From NCBI GenBank assembly GCA_965212015.1, contig OZ243037.1:1216001-1280000 (forward strand): DNA of 64,000 nt, read 5' to 3'. The DNA comes from Cenarchaeum sp. (GTDB lineage Archaea; Thermoproteota; Nitrososphaeria; Nitrososphaerales; Nitrosopumilaceae). The translations under genes were made by a program, and so were the position numbers. The stretch's first letter is position 1. Every line of letters starts with the position of its first letter. The notes beneath the pieces are model-generated. The model was not told the origin of the DNA. It saw only the letters and a list, made by a program, of their open reading frames with translations, and did no database searches. Positions 49,076-58,304 of this stretch are shown piece after piece.

Positions 49076-49681
49076 ATGACCATACAGGACGCAATCACGC
49101 ACCTCAGCCGGGACCGCAGGCTTGCGGCGGTAATCAGGAGGGTGGGGGACTGCAGGATACGGGTGACCAGAAACAAGTACGAGTCGCTAGTCGGGGCGAT
49201 AATCACGCAGCAGCTGTCGGGGTCTGCCGCAAGATCAATCAAGACAAAGTTTGCTGCCCTTTACGCGTCAAGGTTCCCAAAGCCCGCCGACGTGGTAAGA
49301 ACATCGGATGCAAAACTGAGAAAGACCGGGCTCTCAAAGATGAAGGTGGCGTACATCAAGGACATTTCAGGGAGGATCGAGTCCGGCGAGCTCAAACTGC
49401 AAAGGCTGCAAAAGCTCTCCGATGAGGAGGTCATAGAGGAGCTGACAAGGATTCGCGGGATAGGAAGGTGGACTGCAGAGATGTTTTTGATTTTCACCCT
49501 GCGGAGGATGGATGTCCTGCCGGTGGGCGATCTGGGGTTAAAAAAAGGCGTCAAAAAACTGCGCCGGATGGAAGAAATGCCGTCTGAGGATCATATAAGA
49601 AAGGTCGCAGAGAGGTGGAGGCCGTACAGGACCGTGGCTACGTGGTACCTGTGGAGGAGTCTGGAGCCTGATTCGGCATAG
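49076..49681 (+). CDS. alkA: DNA-3-methyladenine glycosylase II
   Basis: IITQQLS, GIGRWTAEM, DVLPVGDLG, WRPYRT. Confidence 0.92.
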   Translation: MTIQDAITHLSRDRRLAAVIRRVGDCRIRVTRNKYESLVGAIITQQLSGSAARSIKTKFAALYASRFPKPADVVRTSDAKLRKTGLSKMKVAYIKDISGRIESGELKLQRLQKLSDEEVIEELTRIRGIGRWTAEMFLIFTLRRMDVLPVGDLGLKKGVKKLRRMEEMPSEDHIRKVAERWRPYRTVATWYLWRSLEPDSA

Positions 49682-49702
49682 ATGCGAAGCGGCCGTACAA
49701 AA

Positions 49703-50182
49703 TCACTGCAGCCCGAGCATTGCCCTCATGGCGTCGTGTTCTGCCTTGTCGCGGCGGTAAAACTCGTATATCTGCGAGAGTACGTCATAGCAGTGAAGCC
49801 TCAGTCTGAGCTGGTTTACCCTGTTTAGCTTGCGGCCGTGCCTTATGTCGTTTCTCAGGGAGAGCAGCATGTGCATTTTGTACCGGAATATGGTCTCGTC
49901 CCGAAAGACGCACTCGAAATAATTCTTCCAATTGTCCCTTTTCAGTATTATCTTTTCATAGCTGTCAAAGTTGAGATACTCGGTTATTTCATAATCCTGC
50001 TTGTTTAGCACGTCGTCGATCTTTTTTGCCCTCTGGTATCTGGCGTCGGTGTCGGCCCTTATCTCCTGCGGGATGCACGCCTCCCACCAGTTATCGGCAG
50101 CAGAAAGGCTTTGCACCATGTAATCCCGTACGGTCTTTTCAAAAAAATCCAGCGTCTGCGAATCGCCTAGTATTTCCACCAT
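49703..50182 (-). CDS. Stand-alone Swt1-like HEPN domain protein
   Basis: Helical protein with WW, YLNF..Y..II...NW..F and RNDIRH (R-x4-H) motif. Confidence 0.72.
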   Translation of the reverse strand: MVEILGDSQTLDFFEKTVRDYMVQSLSAADNWWEACIPQEIRADTDARYQRAKKIDDVLNKQDYEITEYLNFDSYEKIILKRDNWKNYFECVFRDETIFRYKMHMLLSLRNDIRHGRKLNRVNQLRLRLHCYDVLSQIYEFYRRDKAEHDAMRAMLGLQ

Positions 50183-50254
50183 GGCGTATTTGCCCGTGAT
50201 TTTTTAAAAATATATCGGCGCGTGCCTGACTTGGGCGTCCTGTGTGCCACGGAT

Positions 50255-50860
50255 TCAGGCAGTGCCTGCGCCGCCTTTGAGTTTTTTGACCAGCTGTTCT
50301 TCCGTAAAAAGATACTCGAATCTGCCCGCGCGTTCAATGTTTTTGTAATTCTCCTCGGTGCCGCGAAAGATTACAGATATGAGGCACCTGCATTGGTGCC
50401 CCTCGTCTTTGAGTGCGTTCATTGCCTTTATCGCAGAGTTTCCGCTGGTAATCACGTCGTCCACTATTACGGCGGGGGATTCCGGATTTCCCTCGATCCG
50501 TTTTGCCGAACCGTGCTTTTTTGCCTCCTTTCTCACATAAAACGAGCCCAGCAACGGGTTTTCGGGATCTTTTTTGTGCTCCAAAAAGCTCAGCTGCGAG
50601 ACTGCAGATGCAATGGGGATGGAGCCGGATTCCAGGCCGCCTACTGCCTTTATGCCCCCGATTTGCTTGATCATGTGATAGAAAATTTCTGCCACTGCGT
50701 TTATGCCCTCGGGGTGTCCGTTGAGTTTTCTTAGATCAAAATAATACGGGCTGGACACTCCGGATGCAAGCCTGAAGGGCTTTTCTGGGGAATGGCAAAA
50801 CGCCTGCGTCTCTGCGATTAGCTCCTCTAGTCTCTTGTATTCAGATGACTGCCCTGCCAC
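50255..50860 (-). CDS. pyrE: Orotate phosphoribosyltransferase-like type I PRTase
   Basis: F.LASG..S.YYFD, YVRKEAKKHG, VDDVITSG; GTG start at 50860 inferred. Confidence 0.82.
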   Translation of the reverse strand: MAGQSSEYKRLEELIAETQAFCHSPEKPFRLASGVSSPYYFDLRKLNGHPEGINAVAEIFYHMIKQIGGIKAVGGLESGSIPIASAVSQLSFLEHKKDPENPLLGSFYVRKEAKKHGSAKRIEGNPESPAVIVDDVITSGNSAIKAMNALKDEGHQCRCLISVIFRGTEENYKNIERAGRFEYLFTEEQLVKKLKGGAGTA

Positions 50861-51079
50861 TAAACTTTCCACCCCGTCACGAGAGGCCGCGTGTGCGGCG
50901 GCCAGAATCCTCCAACCTGCATCAATACGCGTGCGGCACGCCCCTATATGATCGTAAACTGCCGTGGCGGCGCAATTCCATATCTGGGTCTTGTAGAGGC
51001 GGTGTCCCTGAGCCTTTTTACGCTGATAAGGCAATCCGGTTTGTCGCATCTGTATGTCGCGGCGATTGGGGGCACTTTA

Positions 51080-51157
51080 TGGTGGGACCGGCAGGATTTG
51101 AACCTGCGACCTCTAGCACCCCAGGCTAGCATCATAGCCAATCTAGACGACGGCCCC
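51080..51157 (-). tRNA. tRNA-Pro (anticodon GGG), CCA encoded, no intron
   Basis: GGGGCCG/CGGTCCC acceptor, CTAGC-CTGGGGT-GCTAG anticodon arm, GCAGG-TTCAAAT-CCTGC T arm. Confidence 0.95.
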
Positions 51158-51212
51158 TCATTTTGAGGGAAAAGAGTGAAATTATTAAACCGTGGGATCT
51201 GTTGGATATAAA

Positions 51213-51410
51213 ATGAGAATCTGCTCAATATGCCACAAGATTTCGGGTATCGACGACGATCACACAGATTGCAAGGAAAAAAGACGAATAGAGCTCGAAG
51301 ACGCAGAGATGAAAGAAAAGCTGCCAGAAAAGCTGGATCTGCAAAGCGGTTCTGGCGATCTTGCCAAAGAGATAAAGGCCGTTTTGGACCACATGTTAGG
51401 CGGCAAGTGA
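51213..51410 (+). CDS. Small hypothetical protein with a CxxC...H..C motif
   Basis: MRICSICHKISGIDDDHTDC followed by a charged helix. Confidence 0.7.
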   Translation: MRICSICHKISGIDDDHTDCKEKRRIELEDAEMKEKLPEKLDLQSGSGDLAKEIKAVLDHMLGGK

Positions 51411-51422
51411 CGCGCCTGGTTT

Positions 51423-52163
51423 TCAGCGTTCCTGTGTAGTGGGCCGGATCAGAACCTCGTTGACATTGACGTGCCCCGGCGCCTTTACTGCAAACAGGAC
51501 CGCCTCTGCAATGTCTTTTGCGTGCAGGGACTCCATTTTTTTCGCATTCTCCAGGAATCCCGCAAGCGACTCGTCGGTAATGGTCCTGTTAAGCTCGGTA
51601 TCAACCACGCCGGGCTCGATCGAGGTGACCCGTATGTTGGAGCGCGTGCTGAATTCCTGCCTGAGCCCCTCGCTGAACGCCACGATGGCGTGCTTGGTTG
51701 CACAGTATACGCTGCCCGCCGGAAAGACGACCCTGCCTGCGACTGACGCAATGTTTACAATGTGGCCGGATTTTTTCTCCCTCATGTGGCCAATTACTGC
51801 GGCCGTACAGTACAAAACCCCCCTGATATTGACGTCGATCATCTTGTCCCATTCGTCAACCTTTAGGTTTTTAAAAAAGCTAAGCGGCATAATTCCCGCA
51901 TTGTTTACCAGAATGTCCACAGAGCCCCACCTGTCTAGTACGGCGCCCACAAAAGAGTCGCACTGCTCCTTTTTGGTGACATCAAGGCTTTGCGAGAGCA
52001 CCTCCCCGCCGGATTTTTTGAGTTTTTCGGCCAGCGCGTCTAGCTTGTCGGTTCTTCTGGCGCCTATGGCCACCTTGGCTCCCGCCCCGGACAGCGCCAT
52101 CGCAGTAGAGTACCCGATGCCGCTGCTTGCGCCAGTAATGATCGCAACCCTGTCATCAAGCAT
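51423..52163 (-). CDS. Short-chain dehydrogenase/reductase
   Basis: TGASSGIG, NNAG, YCATK. Confidence 0.93.
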   Translation of the reverse strand: MLDDRVAIITGASSGIGYSTAMALSGAGAKVAIGARRTDKLDALAEKLKKSGGEVLSQSLDVTKKEQCDSFVGAVLDRWGSVDILVNNAGIMPLSFFKNLKVDEWDKMIDVNIRGVLYCTAAVIGHMREKKSGHIVNIASVAGRVVFPAGSVYCATKHAIVAFSEGLRQEFSTRSNIRVTSIEPGVVDTELNRTITDESLAGFLENAKKMESLHAKDIAEAVLFAVKAPGHVNVNEVLIRPTTQER

Positions 52164-52236
52164 AGTAATTCCACTGGTGTCCCGCCGCCACATTGTAAAA
52201 ATGTTTTTAGGGCTATGAAAACAAGACACCACGGCT

Positions 52237-52464
52237 ATGAAGCTAGAAAAATGCGCGTATTGCGGGGATATGACTGACCTGCCCTTTGAGTGCAGCTATT
52301 GCGGGGATCCGTTTTGCGCAGAGCACCGGCTTCCAGAGGAGCACCGCTGCGTAAAGCTTACGCAGATAAGGGCGAAAAGATTCGGCGAGCGAGGGGTCAT
52401 CCGGGACGGGGGACGCAACCGCCCAGGCCTGCTAAAGAGAATACTCGGCAGATTCAGACGCTAA
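52237..52464 (+). CDS. AN1-type zinc finger protein
   Basis: CAYC..PFECSYC...FC.EHRLPEEHRC. Confidence 0.88.
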   Translation: MKLEKCAYCGDMTDLPFECSYCGDPFCAEHRLPEEHRCVKLTQIRAKRFGERGVIRDGGRNRPGLLKRILGRFRR

Positions 52465-52736
52465 TAGACGGATTTTGCGGGATCAAGCTTTGCCCTGCGT
52501 GCCTGATAAAACAGCGCCAGGGCCAGGGCAAGCAGTACTGTAGCAGTCAGCCAGTGCGCGGTAATCAGCGTGACGTACGCTATTGCAAATCCGGCCGACA
52601 CGGAGGCCTGTATGAACAGCTTTATCCACGACGAAAATCCGCAGACGCGGTATATCGCCTCGACTAGAAACAGCGCCGCCACGGGATATATCGTAAGCAG
52701 GAGAAAGTCTATTACATCGACGTCGAGGTGTGACAT
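52461..52736 (-). CDS. Small membrane protein (3 TM)
   Basis: Hydrophobic helices, plausible codon usage, fills the gap between genes. Confidence 0.7.
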   Translation of the reverse strand: MSHLDVDVIDFLLLTIYPVAALFLVEAIYRVCGFSSWIKLFIQASVSAGFAIAYVTLITAHWLTATVLLALALALFYQARRAKLDPAKSVY

Positions 52737-52762
52737 GTTGAATCATCAGTCCGCCCGGATTT

Positions 52763-53311
52763 CTAGTCGTCCCATCTTATCTTGCTGACTATGTTTTTTG
52801 CCATCAGGGCCTGGGCGTTCTCGTATGGTATGGTGGCGATGTCTTCTGCCTTGAACGGCCCGTATTTTTCCATGTCGGCCCCCACGATCTGATCCATTTC
52901 CTGCAGGAACCGGACTGCGATGGATTTTGTCTTGTGGTTCTGAGCGATAAATTCAAGCAGTTTCGACTTGCCGTTGAGAATTCCAGTAAGGATCATTTCG
53001 CGCCTATCGCCTACCTCGGTGTTCGCATCAAGAATAAACTTTTCCTCGTCGAGCAGGTTTTCGCAGCCCGCCGCCCGGGCCGCCTTTTCAAGCCTGATTT
53101 TCAGCAGTACGGACGTCATGCCGGTGGTTATCTCGATTATGGTGTTCCGGATTTTCCGCTCCACGCCGTCATATTCCTCGCGCTTTAGCTTTCCAAGAAA
53201 CCCCGAGATCGACTGGTATAGATCCGGATCGAGCTCCTGTACTGCGTCGTTGCCGGTTTCCCTCATGATGATTCCGTGCAACGAGTTCACGCCGATTTCC
53301 AAGCTGGGCAT
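52763..53311 (-). CDS. GINS complex subunit (Gins15-like)
   Basis: L..DLY, RLEK, LLDEEK, C-terminal VG.DM.KYGPF...DIA.IPYENA B-domain. Confidence 0.82.
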   Translation of the reverse strand: MPSLEIGVNSLHGIIMRETGNDAVQELDPDLYQSISGFLGKLKREEYDGVERKIRNTIIEITTGMTSVLLKIRLEKAARAAGCENLLDEEKFILDANTEVGDRREMILTGILNGKSKLLEFIAQNHKTKSIAVRFLQEMDQIVGADMEKYGPFKAEDIATIPYENAQALMAKNIVSKIRWDD

Positions 53312-53364
53312 CCTGCCTAATCCTTAAATTGTAGGTGTATTTGTGTTAGCTTTAAGGTATAAAA

Positions 53365-54825
53365 TTGCCGTATAAAGTCAGCCATGGAAAAGCCCTCGAA
53401 TTAAAATATTCAGCAGACGAGGTGTTTTCAAAGATTCAGCACGAGGGAATAAAGTTCATAGATTTGCAGTTTACCGGCCTGACGGGAAGGTTTCACCATA
53501 CGACGATTTCCGCCATTACGTTTACCCCAGAGCAGATGCGTGACGGCCTTCCAAAGCTAGACGGCTCCTCCATAGTGGGCTTTACCAGCATTGACGACTC
53601 TGATCTGGTCCTAAAGCCGGATCCCAACACCTTTGCGATAATCCCGTGGTACACGGAGAACAAGACTGCAAGGCTGCTTTGCGACGTGTACTGGGGCGAG
53701 GATAGGGGCAGGCTGCAAAGGGATCCGCGCGGAATCGCGCAGGGGGCAGAGGAATCCGTCACCGCCGCCGGCTTTGATCACAGCGTGTGGGGGCCAGAAG
53801 TCGAGTTTTTCGTATTTGACAAGATCCACTGGGACGTCTTGACGCCATACAAGGGGCAGTCGTATTCCATCGAGTCAGAGGAGGCGCCGTGGAGCCAGGA
53901 GGGTTCGGGCTATCCCATGGGACTACAGGAGGGATACTATCCAAGCACGCCGTCAGACACGCTCACCCCGTTTAGAAACGAGTGCGTCAATATTCTCAAC
54001 GAGAGCTTTGGGATCCTGTGCGACAACCACCACCACGAGGTGGCCACTGCGGGGCAGTGTGAAATAGACATACGGTACGACTATCTGACAAACGCCGCAG
54101 ACTCTACCCAGTCGTACAAGTTTGTAATCCGGAACGTTGCAAAAAAATTCGGAAAGATTGCAACAATGATGCCAAAGCCCATCTCTATGGATTCGGGCTC
54201 GGGAATGCACACCAACGTAAGCCTGTGGAAGAACAAAAAGAACATCTTTTTTGACGCCACAGAAGAGATGGAGCTAAGCCAGGTCGGAAGATATTTCTGC
54301 GGCGGAATTTTAAACCACGCAAAGGCGCTGTGCGCAATCTCAAACCCCACCACGAACTCTTATCACAGGCTGGTTCCCGGATACGAGGCGCCAGTTTATG
54401 TCGCGTGGAGCGGCAGCAACCGTTCTGCAATCGTGAGGGTTCCCAGGCATTTCAAGGGCGAGGGCTATTCGTTTCTGAAACGGCTAGAGTTCCGCGCCCC
54501 CGACCCGTCATCCAACCCGTACCTGGTCTTCTCGTCGGTGCTCGCCGCCGGGCTAGACGGCGTCAAAAAGAAGATGGATCCCGGCGAGCAGGTACAGGAG
54601 GATATTTTCAAGATGACAAAGGCCGAGAGGATCAAGAGGGGAATCGACATCCTGCCTGCCAACCTAGGCGAGGCGCTCGACGAGCTTGAAAGCGACAGAA
54701 AGTTCCTACAGCCCATATTTCCCAACGACGTAATCAACCGGGTAATAGAGCTGGAAAGAAGGGATCAGAGGGAGATTTCCATCAGGCCGCACCCGCACGA
54801 GTTTTATCTGTACTTTGACGTATAG
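53365..54825 (+). CDS. glnA: Glutamine synthetase type I, paralogue B
   Basis: DGSSI.GF, GPEVEFF, HHEVATAGQCEI, NSYHRLVPGYEAP, RLEFRAPD, PHPHEF.LY. Confidence 0.96.
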   Translation: MPYKVSHGKALELKYSADEVFSKIQHEGIKFIDLQFTGLTGRFHHTTISAITFTPEQMRDGLPKLDGSSIVGFTSIDDSDLVLKPDPNTFAIIPWYTENKTARLLCDVYWGEDRGRLQRDPRGIAQGAEESVTAAGFDHSVWGPEVEFFVFDKIHWDVLTPYKGQSYSIESEEAPWSQEGSGYPMGLQEGYYPSTPSDTLTPFRNECVNILNESFGILCDNHHHEVATAGQCEIDIRYDYLTNAADSTQSYKFVIRNVAKKFGKIATMMPKPISMDSGSGMHTNVSLWKNKKNIFFDATEEMELSQVGRYFCGGILNHAKALCAISNPTTNSYHRLVPGYEAPVYVAWSGSNRSAIVRVPRHFKGEGYSFLKRLEFRAPDPSSNPYLVFSSVLAAGLDGVKKKMDPGEQVQEDIFKMTKAERIKRGIDILPANLGEALDELESDRKFLQPIFPNDVINRVIELERRDQREISIRPHPHEFYLYFDV

Positions 54826-54829
54826 GTGC

Positions 54830-55096
54830 CTAGATCAGCTGCAGGATCATCACCAGGGATACTGCGATCAGGGACAGTCCGGAGGCCATAAAGACTGTCT
54901 GCCGCTTGTAGGACTCGGTGGCCTTGAAGACCAGTATTGCCCCGCCCAGTCCCACGAACAGGACTAAAATTCCGACGATGACGGGGGAGAAATCCAGGCC
55001 CCTGACAAGCGGGTGAAAAAATCCCGCAAACAGCGCAAAGAGACACGTAAGATAGACGTATTTTGCGCCGCTGATTATCGGGCTGAGCTTGTTCAA
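54830..55096 (-). CDS. Small membrane protein (3 TM)
   Basis: Three hydrophobic helices. Confidence 0.7.
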   Translation of the reverse strand: MNKLSPIISGAKYVYLTCLFALFAGFFHPLVRGLDFSPVIVGILVLFVGLGGAILVFKATESYKRQTVFMASGLSLIAVSLVMILQLI

Positions 55097-55156
55097 TGCC
55101 TGTCTGCGATTGCGTCATCAAATAAACTTTTAAAAAGTTGCGGGACCGAAAACGGC

Positions 55157-56863
55157 CTACATTCCCATGCCGCCCATATCGGGCATGCCGCCCATTCCTG
55201 GAGGCATCCCACCCATTCCGGGTGGCATTCCGCCCATGCCGCCCTCTGCTCCGGGAGGCGGGCCTGCTGACTTTGCCGTGGCGACGACGTCGTCAATTCT
55301 GAGTATCATGCAGGATGCTTCTGCCGCAGCCGAGATGATTTGGTGCTTTACGGACAGCGGTTCGATTATGTCGCTTGTCTTCATGTTTGCGATTTTTGAC
55401 TTCATTACGTCGATTCCGGTCCATTTTTGATCCTTTTGCTGCCTTGATCTTAACGAGGTGATAGTATCGATTGGATCCATTCCGGCGTTTTCTGCCAGTG
55501 CAAGCGGGATTGATTCCAAAGAGTCGGCAAACTTTTCCACTGCCAGCTGCTCTCTGCCCTCCAGGGATTTTGCCCAGGTACGGAGCTTTGTGGCAGCGTA
55601 TGTTTCAGGCGCGCCCCCGCCTGCAACGACGGATGGAAACTCCATGACGTCCTTGACTACCATGATTGCATCGTGCATTGATCTGTCGACTTCGTCTACC
55701 ACCCTCTGGGATCCCCCGCGTAGCAACAGGGTGATGGATTTCGGATGCCTGCATCCCTCCACGAAAACCCAGCGATCTTCCTCGATTTTTCTCTCCTCGA
55801 CTGTCTCGGCCAGGCCCAGATCCTTTTCAAACAGATCATCCAGATTGGTCACTATTCTTGCGCCGGTCGCCTTTGCCAGTTTCGTAAGATCGCTTTCCTT
55901 GATGCGCCGTACTGCCTGTATGTTGGCCTTTGCCAGATAGTGCTGTGCCATATCGTCGATGCCCTTTTGGCACAAGACCACGTTTGCGCCAGAGCCGATC
56001 ACCTTGTCGACCATGTTTTTTAGCATCCTGTTCTCCTCGTCTAGAAACGCCTTTAGCTGTTGCGGGTTTGAAATATTTATTTTCGCGTCAGTCTCTGTCT
56101 TGCTTATCTCCAGAGCCGTGTTAATCAGGGCGATTTTTGCATCCGTGATTTTCTTGGGCATGTTGCCGTGAACAATCTCCTTGTCCAGGACAATTCCCTG
56201 TATCAGGCTGGAATCCCCGACGGATCCGCCGGCCTTTTTTTCCACCTTTATGTCGTCTATATCTATATCAAATTTTTCGCCGTCCTTGCCTGCAACGACG
56301 GTAACTGCCTTTACAATAAGATCCGCCAGCATGTCAGAGTCCTTTCTGACGAGCTTTGTCTGCATTGAGGTTTTTGCAACTTTAACCAGTATGCTCTTGT
56401 CGTTGGCCGTGACGGTCTCAGTTATGTCCTGAAGGAACTGTTTTGTCTTTTTTGCCGCCTTTCTGTAGCCGTCTACAATGATTGTCGGGTGGACGTTCTG
56501 GTTGATCAGGTGCTCTGCGTTTTCTAGCAGCGCGCCTGCAAGGATTACTGCCGACGTTGTCCCGTCGCCCACTTCGTTGTCAGTCGTCTTGGAAATCTCC
56601 ACTAGCATCTTTGCCGCAGGATGCTGCACGTCGATCTCTTTGAGAATCGTGGCCCCGTCGTTTGTAATGGTAACGTCGCCAAGAGAGTCGACTAGCATCT
56701 TGTCCATCCCCCTAGGGCCCAGGCTAGAATGCACTATCTCGGCTATGATTTTCGAGGCTGCAATGTTGTTTTTTTGGGCATCGCGCCCCTTGGTCTCAGA
56801 TCCGCCCTCCTTTAGGAGCACAATGGGCATGCTGCCCTTGGCGGATGCCTGCATGTTACTCAT
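55157..56863 (-). CDS. ths: Thermosome (group II chaperonin) subunit
   Basis: LGPRGMDKML, TNDGATIL, GDGTT, GGGAPE, ILRIDD, GGM tail. Confidence 0.97.
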   Translation of the reverse strand: MSNMQASAKGSMPIVLLKEGGSETKGRDAQKNNIAASKIIAEIVHSSLGPRGMDKMLVDSLGDVTITNDGATILKEIDVQHPAAKMLVEISKTTDNEVGDGTTSAVILAGALLENAEHLINQNVHPTIIVDGYRKAAKKTKQFLQDITETVTANDKSILVKVAKTSMQTKLVRKDSDMLADLIVKAVTVVAGKDGEKFDIDIDDIKVEKKAGGSVGDSSLIQGIVLDKEIVHGNMPKKITDAKIALINTALEISKTETDAKINISNPQQLKAFLDEENRMLKNMVDKVIGSGANVVLCQKGIDDMAQHYLAKANIQAVRRIKESDLTKLAKATGARIVTNLDDLFEKDLGLAETVEERKIEEDRWVFVEGCRHPKSITLLLRGGSQRVVDEVDRSMHDAIMVVKDVMEFPSVVAGGGAPETYAATKLRTWAKSLEGREQLAVEKFADSLESIPLALAENAGMDPIDTITSLRSRQQKDQKWTGIDVMKSKIANMKTSDIIEPLSVKHQIISAAAEASCMILRIDDVVATAKSAGPPPGAEGGMGGMPPGMGGMPPGMGGMPDMGGMGM

Positions 56864-56977
56864 GGGTTAAAACCTCCAGATTCCCCTTTTATACCTTTTT
56901 TCACGTCCCACAAGCCGTCAGGGACGAAATCGCACTCTGATCGATGTTTTTAAATTGGGAAAAAAAACCAGCGTTTT

Positions 56978-58303
56978 ATGATAGAGAAATCCGCCGGCAA
57001 AAAGTCCTACAATGACGTTTTTTCCATGCTAAAGAAACACAACAAGTGGTTTGAGAATTCAATTCCCCTTATCGCAAGCGAGAACATTCCAAGTCCGGCC
57101 GTAAGGGAGGCGATGATCTCCGACTTTGGCAACCGCTATGCCGAGGGCTGGCCGGGGGAGAGAGTCTATGCGGGCTGCACGTACATAGACAAGGTGGAGA
57201 TGGAGTGCATAAAGCTCGCAAAAAAGCTGTTCAGGGCAGAGTTTGCCGACGTCAGGCCGGTTTCCGGCGTGGTGGCAAACCTGGCAATCTATTCTGCGTT
57301 CTCAAATCCCGGCGACGTCATGATTGCGCCGTCGATTCCCGCCGGCGGGCACATCTCGCACGGCAAAAAGGAGCATTCGGGTACCGCCGGCCTGGTCCAC
57401 GGGCTGGACGTCGAGTTTTATCCGTTTGACGCAAAAGAGATGAGCATCGACGTGGACAAGACAAGAAAAAAGATAGGCGAGCTAAAAAAGGCGGGGCGCC
57501 TGCCAAAGATTGCAATGTTTGGCGGTTCGCTGTTTTTGTTTCCGCATCCGGTAAGGGAGCTTGCCGACTTTATGAAGGGCCACGGCATGCACGTCAATTA
57601 CGACGGGGCGCATGTCGCAGGCCTGATTGCAGGCGGGCAGTTTCAGGATCCCATAAGGGAGGGCGCAGACACTGTAACTATGAGCACGCACAAGACGCTG
57701 TTTGGCCCGCAGGGCGGGATGGTCTTGGGCAAAAGGCGCCATTCTGAGGCGATAAAAAAGGCCATGTTTCCCGGACTTACAAGCAGCCACCACATACACC
57801 ACATGGCAGGCAAGGCCATAGCGTTTGCAGAGGCGCTAAAGTTCGGAAAGAGTTACGCAGTGCAGGTCATTAAAAACGCAAAGACGCTGGCCGAGTCGCT
57901 GAGCGGTTTCGGCTTTAAGGTACTCGGGGAAAGCCGGGGGTTTACAGAGTCGCACCAGATAGCAGTCGACGTGTGGGACTTTGCAGACGGGGGCAAGGTG
58001 GAGGCGGAGCTTGAAAAGGCCAACATTATAGTCAACCGGCAGCTGATTCCAGGCGACATCAAGGCCGGCAGGAACTATTTCCATCCCGGCGGAATCCGGC
58101 TTGGCGTCTCTGAAGTTACCAGGCTGGGCATGAAGCAGTCAGAGATGAAAGAGATTGCCGCGTTTCTCAGGCAGGCAATAATGGACAAAAAACACCCCGG
58201 TGGCCTGCTATCGAAGGTAAAGTCGTTCAGAAGGGATTTCCAAAAGGTCCACTTTTGCTTTGACGCAAAGCTTCCGGCCTACGAGTATGTCAGGCTGAGA
58301 TAG
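56978..58303 (+). CDS. glyA: Serine hydroxymethyltransferase
   Basis: LIASEN, RYAEG, GGHISH, DGAH, STHKT..GPQGG. Confidence 0.97.
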   Translation: MIEKSAGKKSYNDVFSMLKKHNKWFENSIPLIASENIPSPAVREAMISDFGNRYAEGWPGERVYAGCTYIDKVEMECIKLAKKLFRAEFADVRPVSGVVANLAIYSAFSNPGDVMIAPSIPAGGHISHGKKEHSGTAGLVHGLDVEFYPFDAKEMSIDVDKTRKKIGELKKAGRLPKIAMFGGSLFLFPHPVRELADFMKGHGMHVNYDGAHVAGLIAGGQFQDPIREGADTVTMSTHKTLFGPQGGMVLGKRRHSEAIKKAMFPGLTSSHHIHHMAGKAIAFAEALKFGKSYAVQVIKNAKTLAESLSGFGFKVLGESRGFTESHQIAVDVWDFADGGKVEAELEKANIIVNRQLIPGDIKAGRNYFHPGGIRLGVSEVTRLGMKQSEMKEIAAFLRQAIMDKKHPGGLLSKVKSFRRDFQKVHFCFDAKLPAYEYVRLR

Positions 58304-58304
58304 G

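Noticed and set aside
49515-49524. 10-nt match (TCCTGCCGGT) to the tRNA-Pro 3' region as a possible att site
   Set aside because: It is in the wrong orientation for a direct repeat, lies inside a conserved alkA motif, and is short enough to be chance.
55160-55265. Tandem GGCAT/CCGCCCAT-like repeats
   Set aside because: They encode the ordinary GGM-rich thermosome tail.
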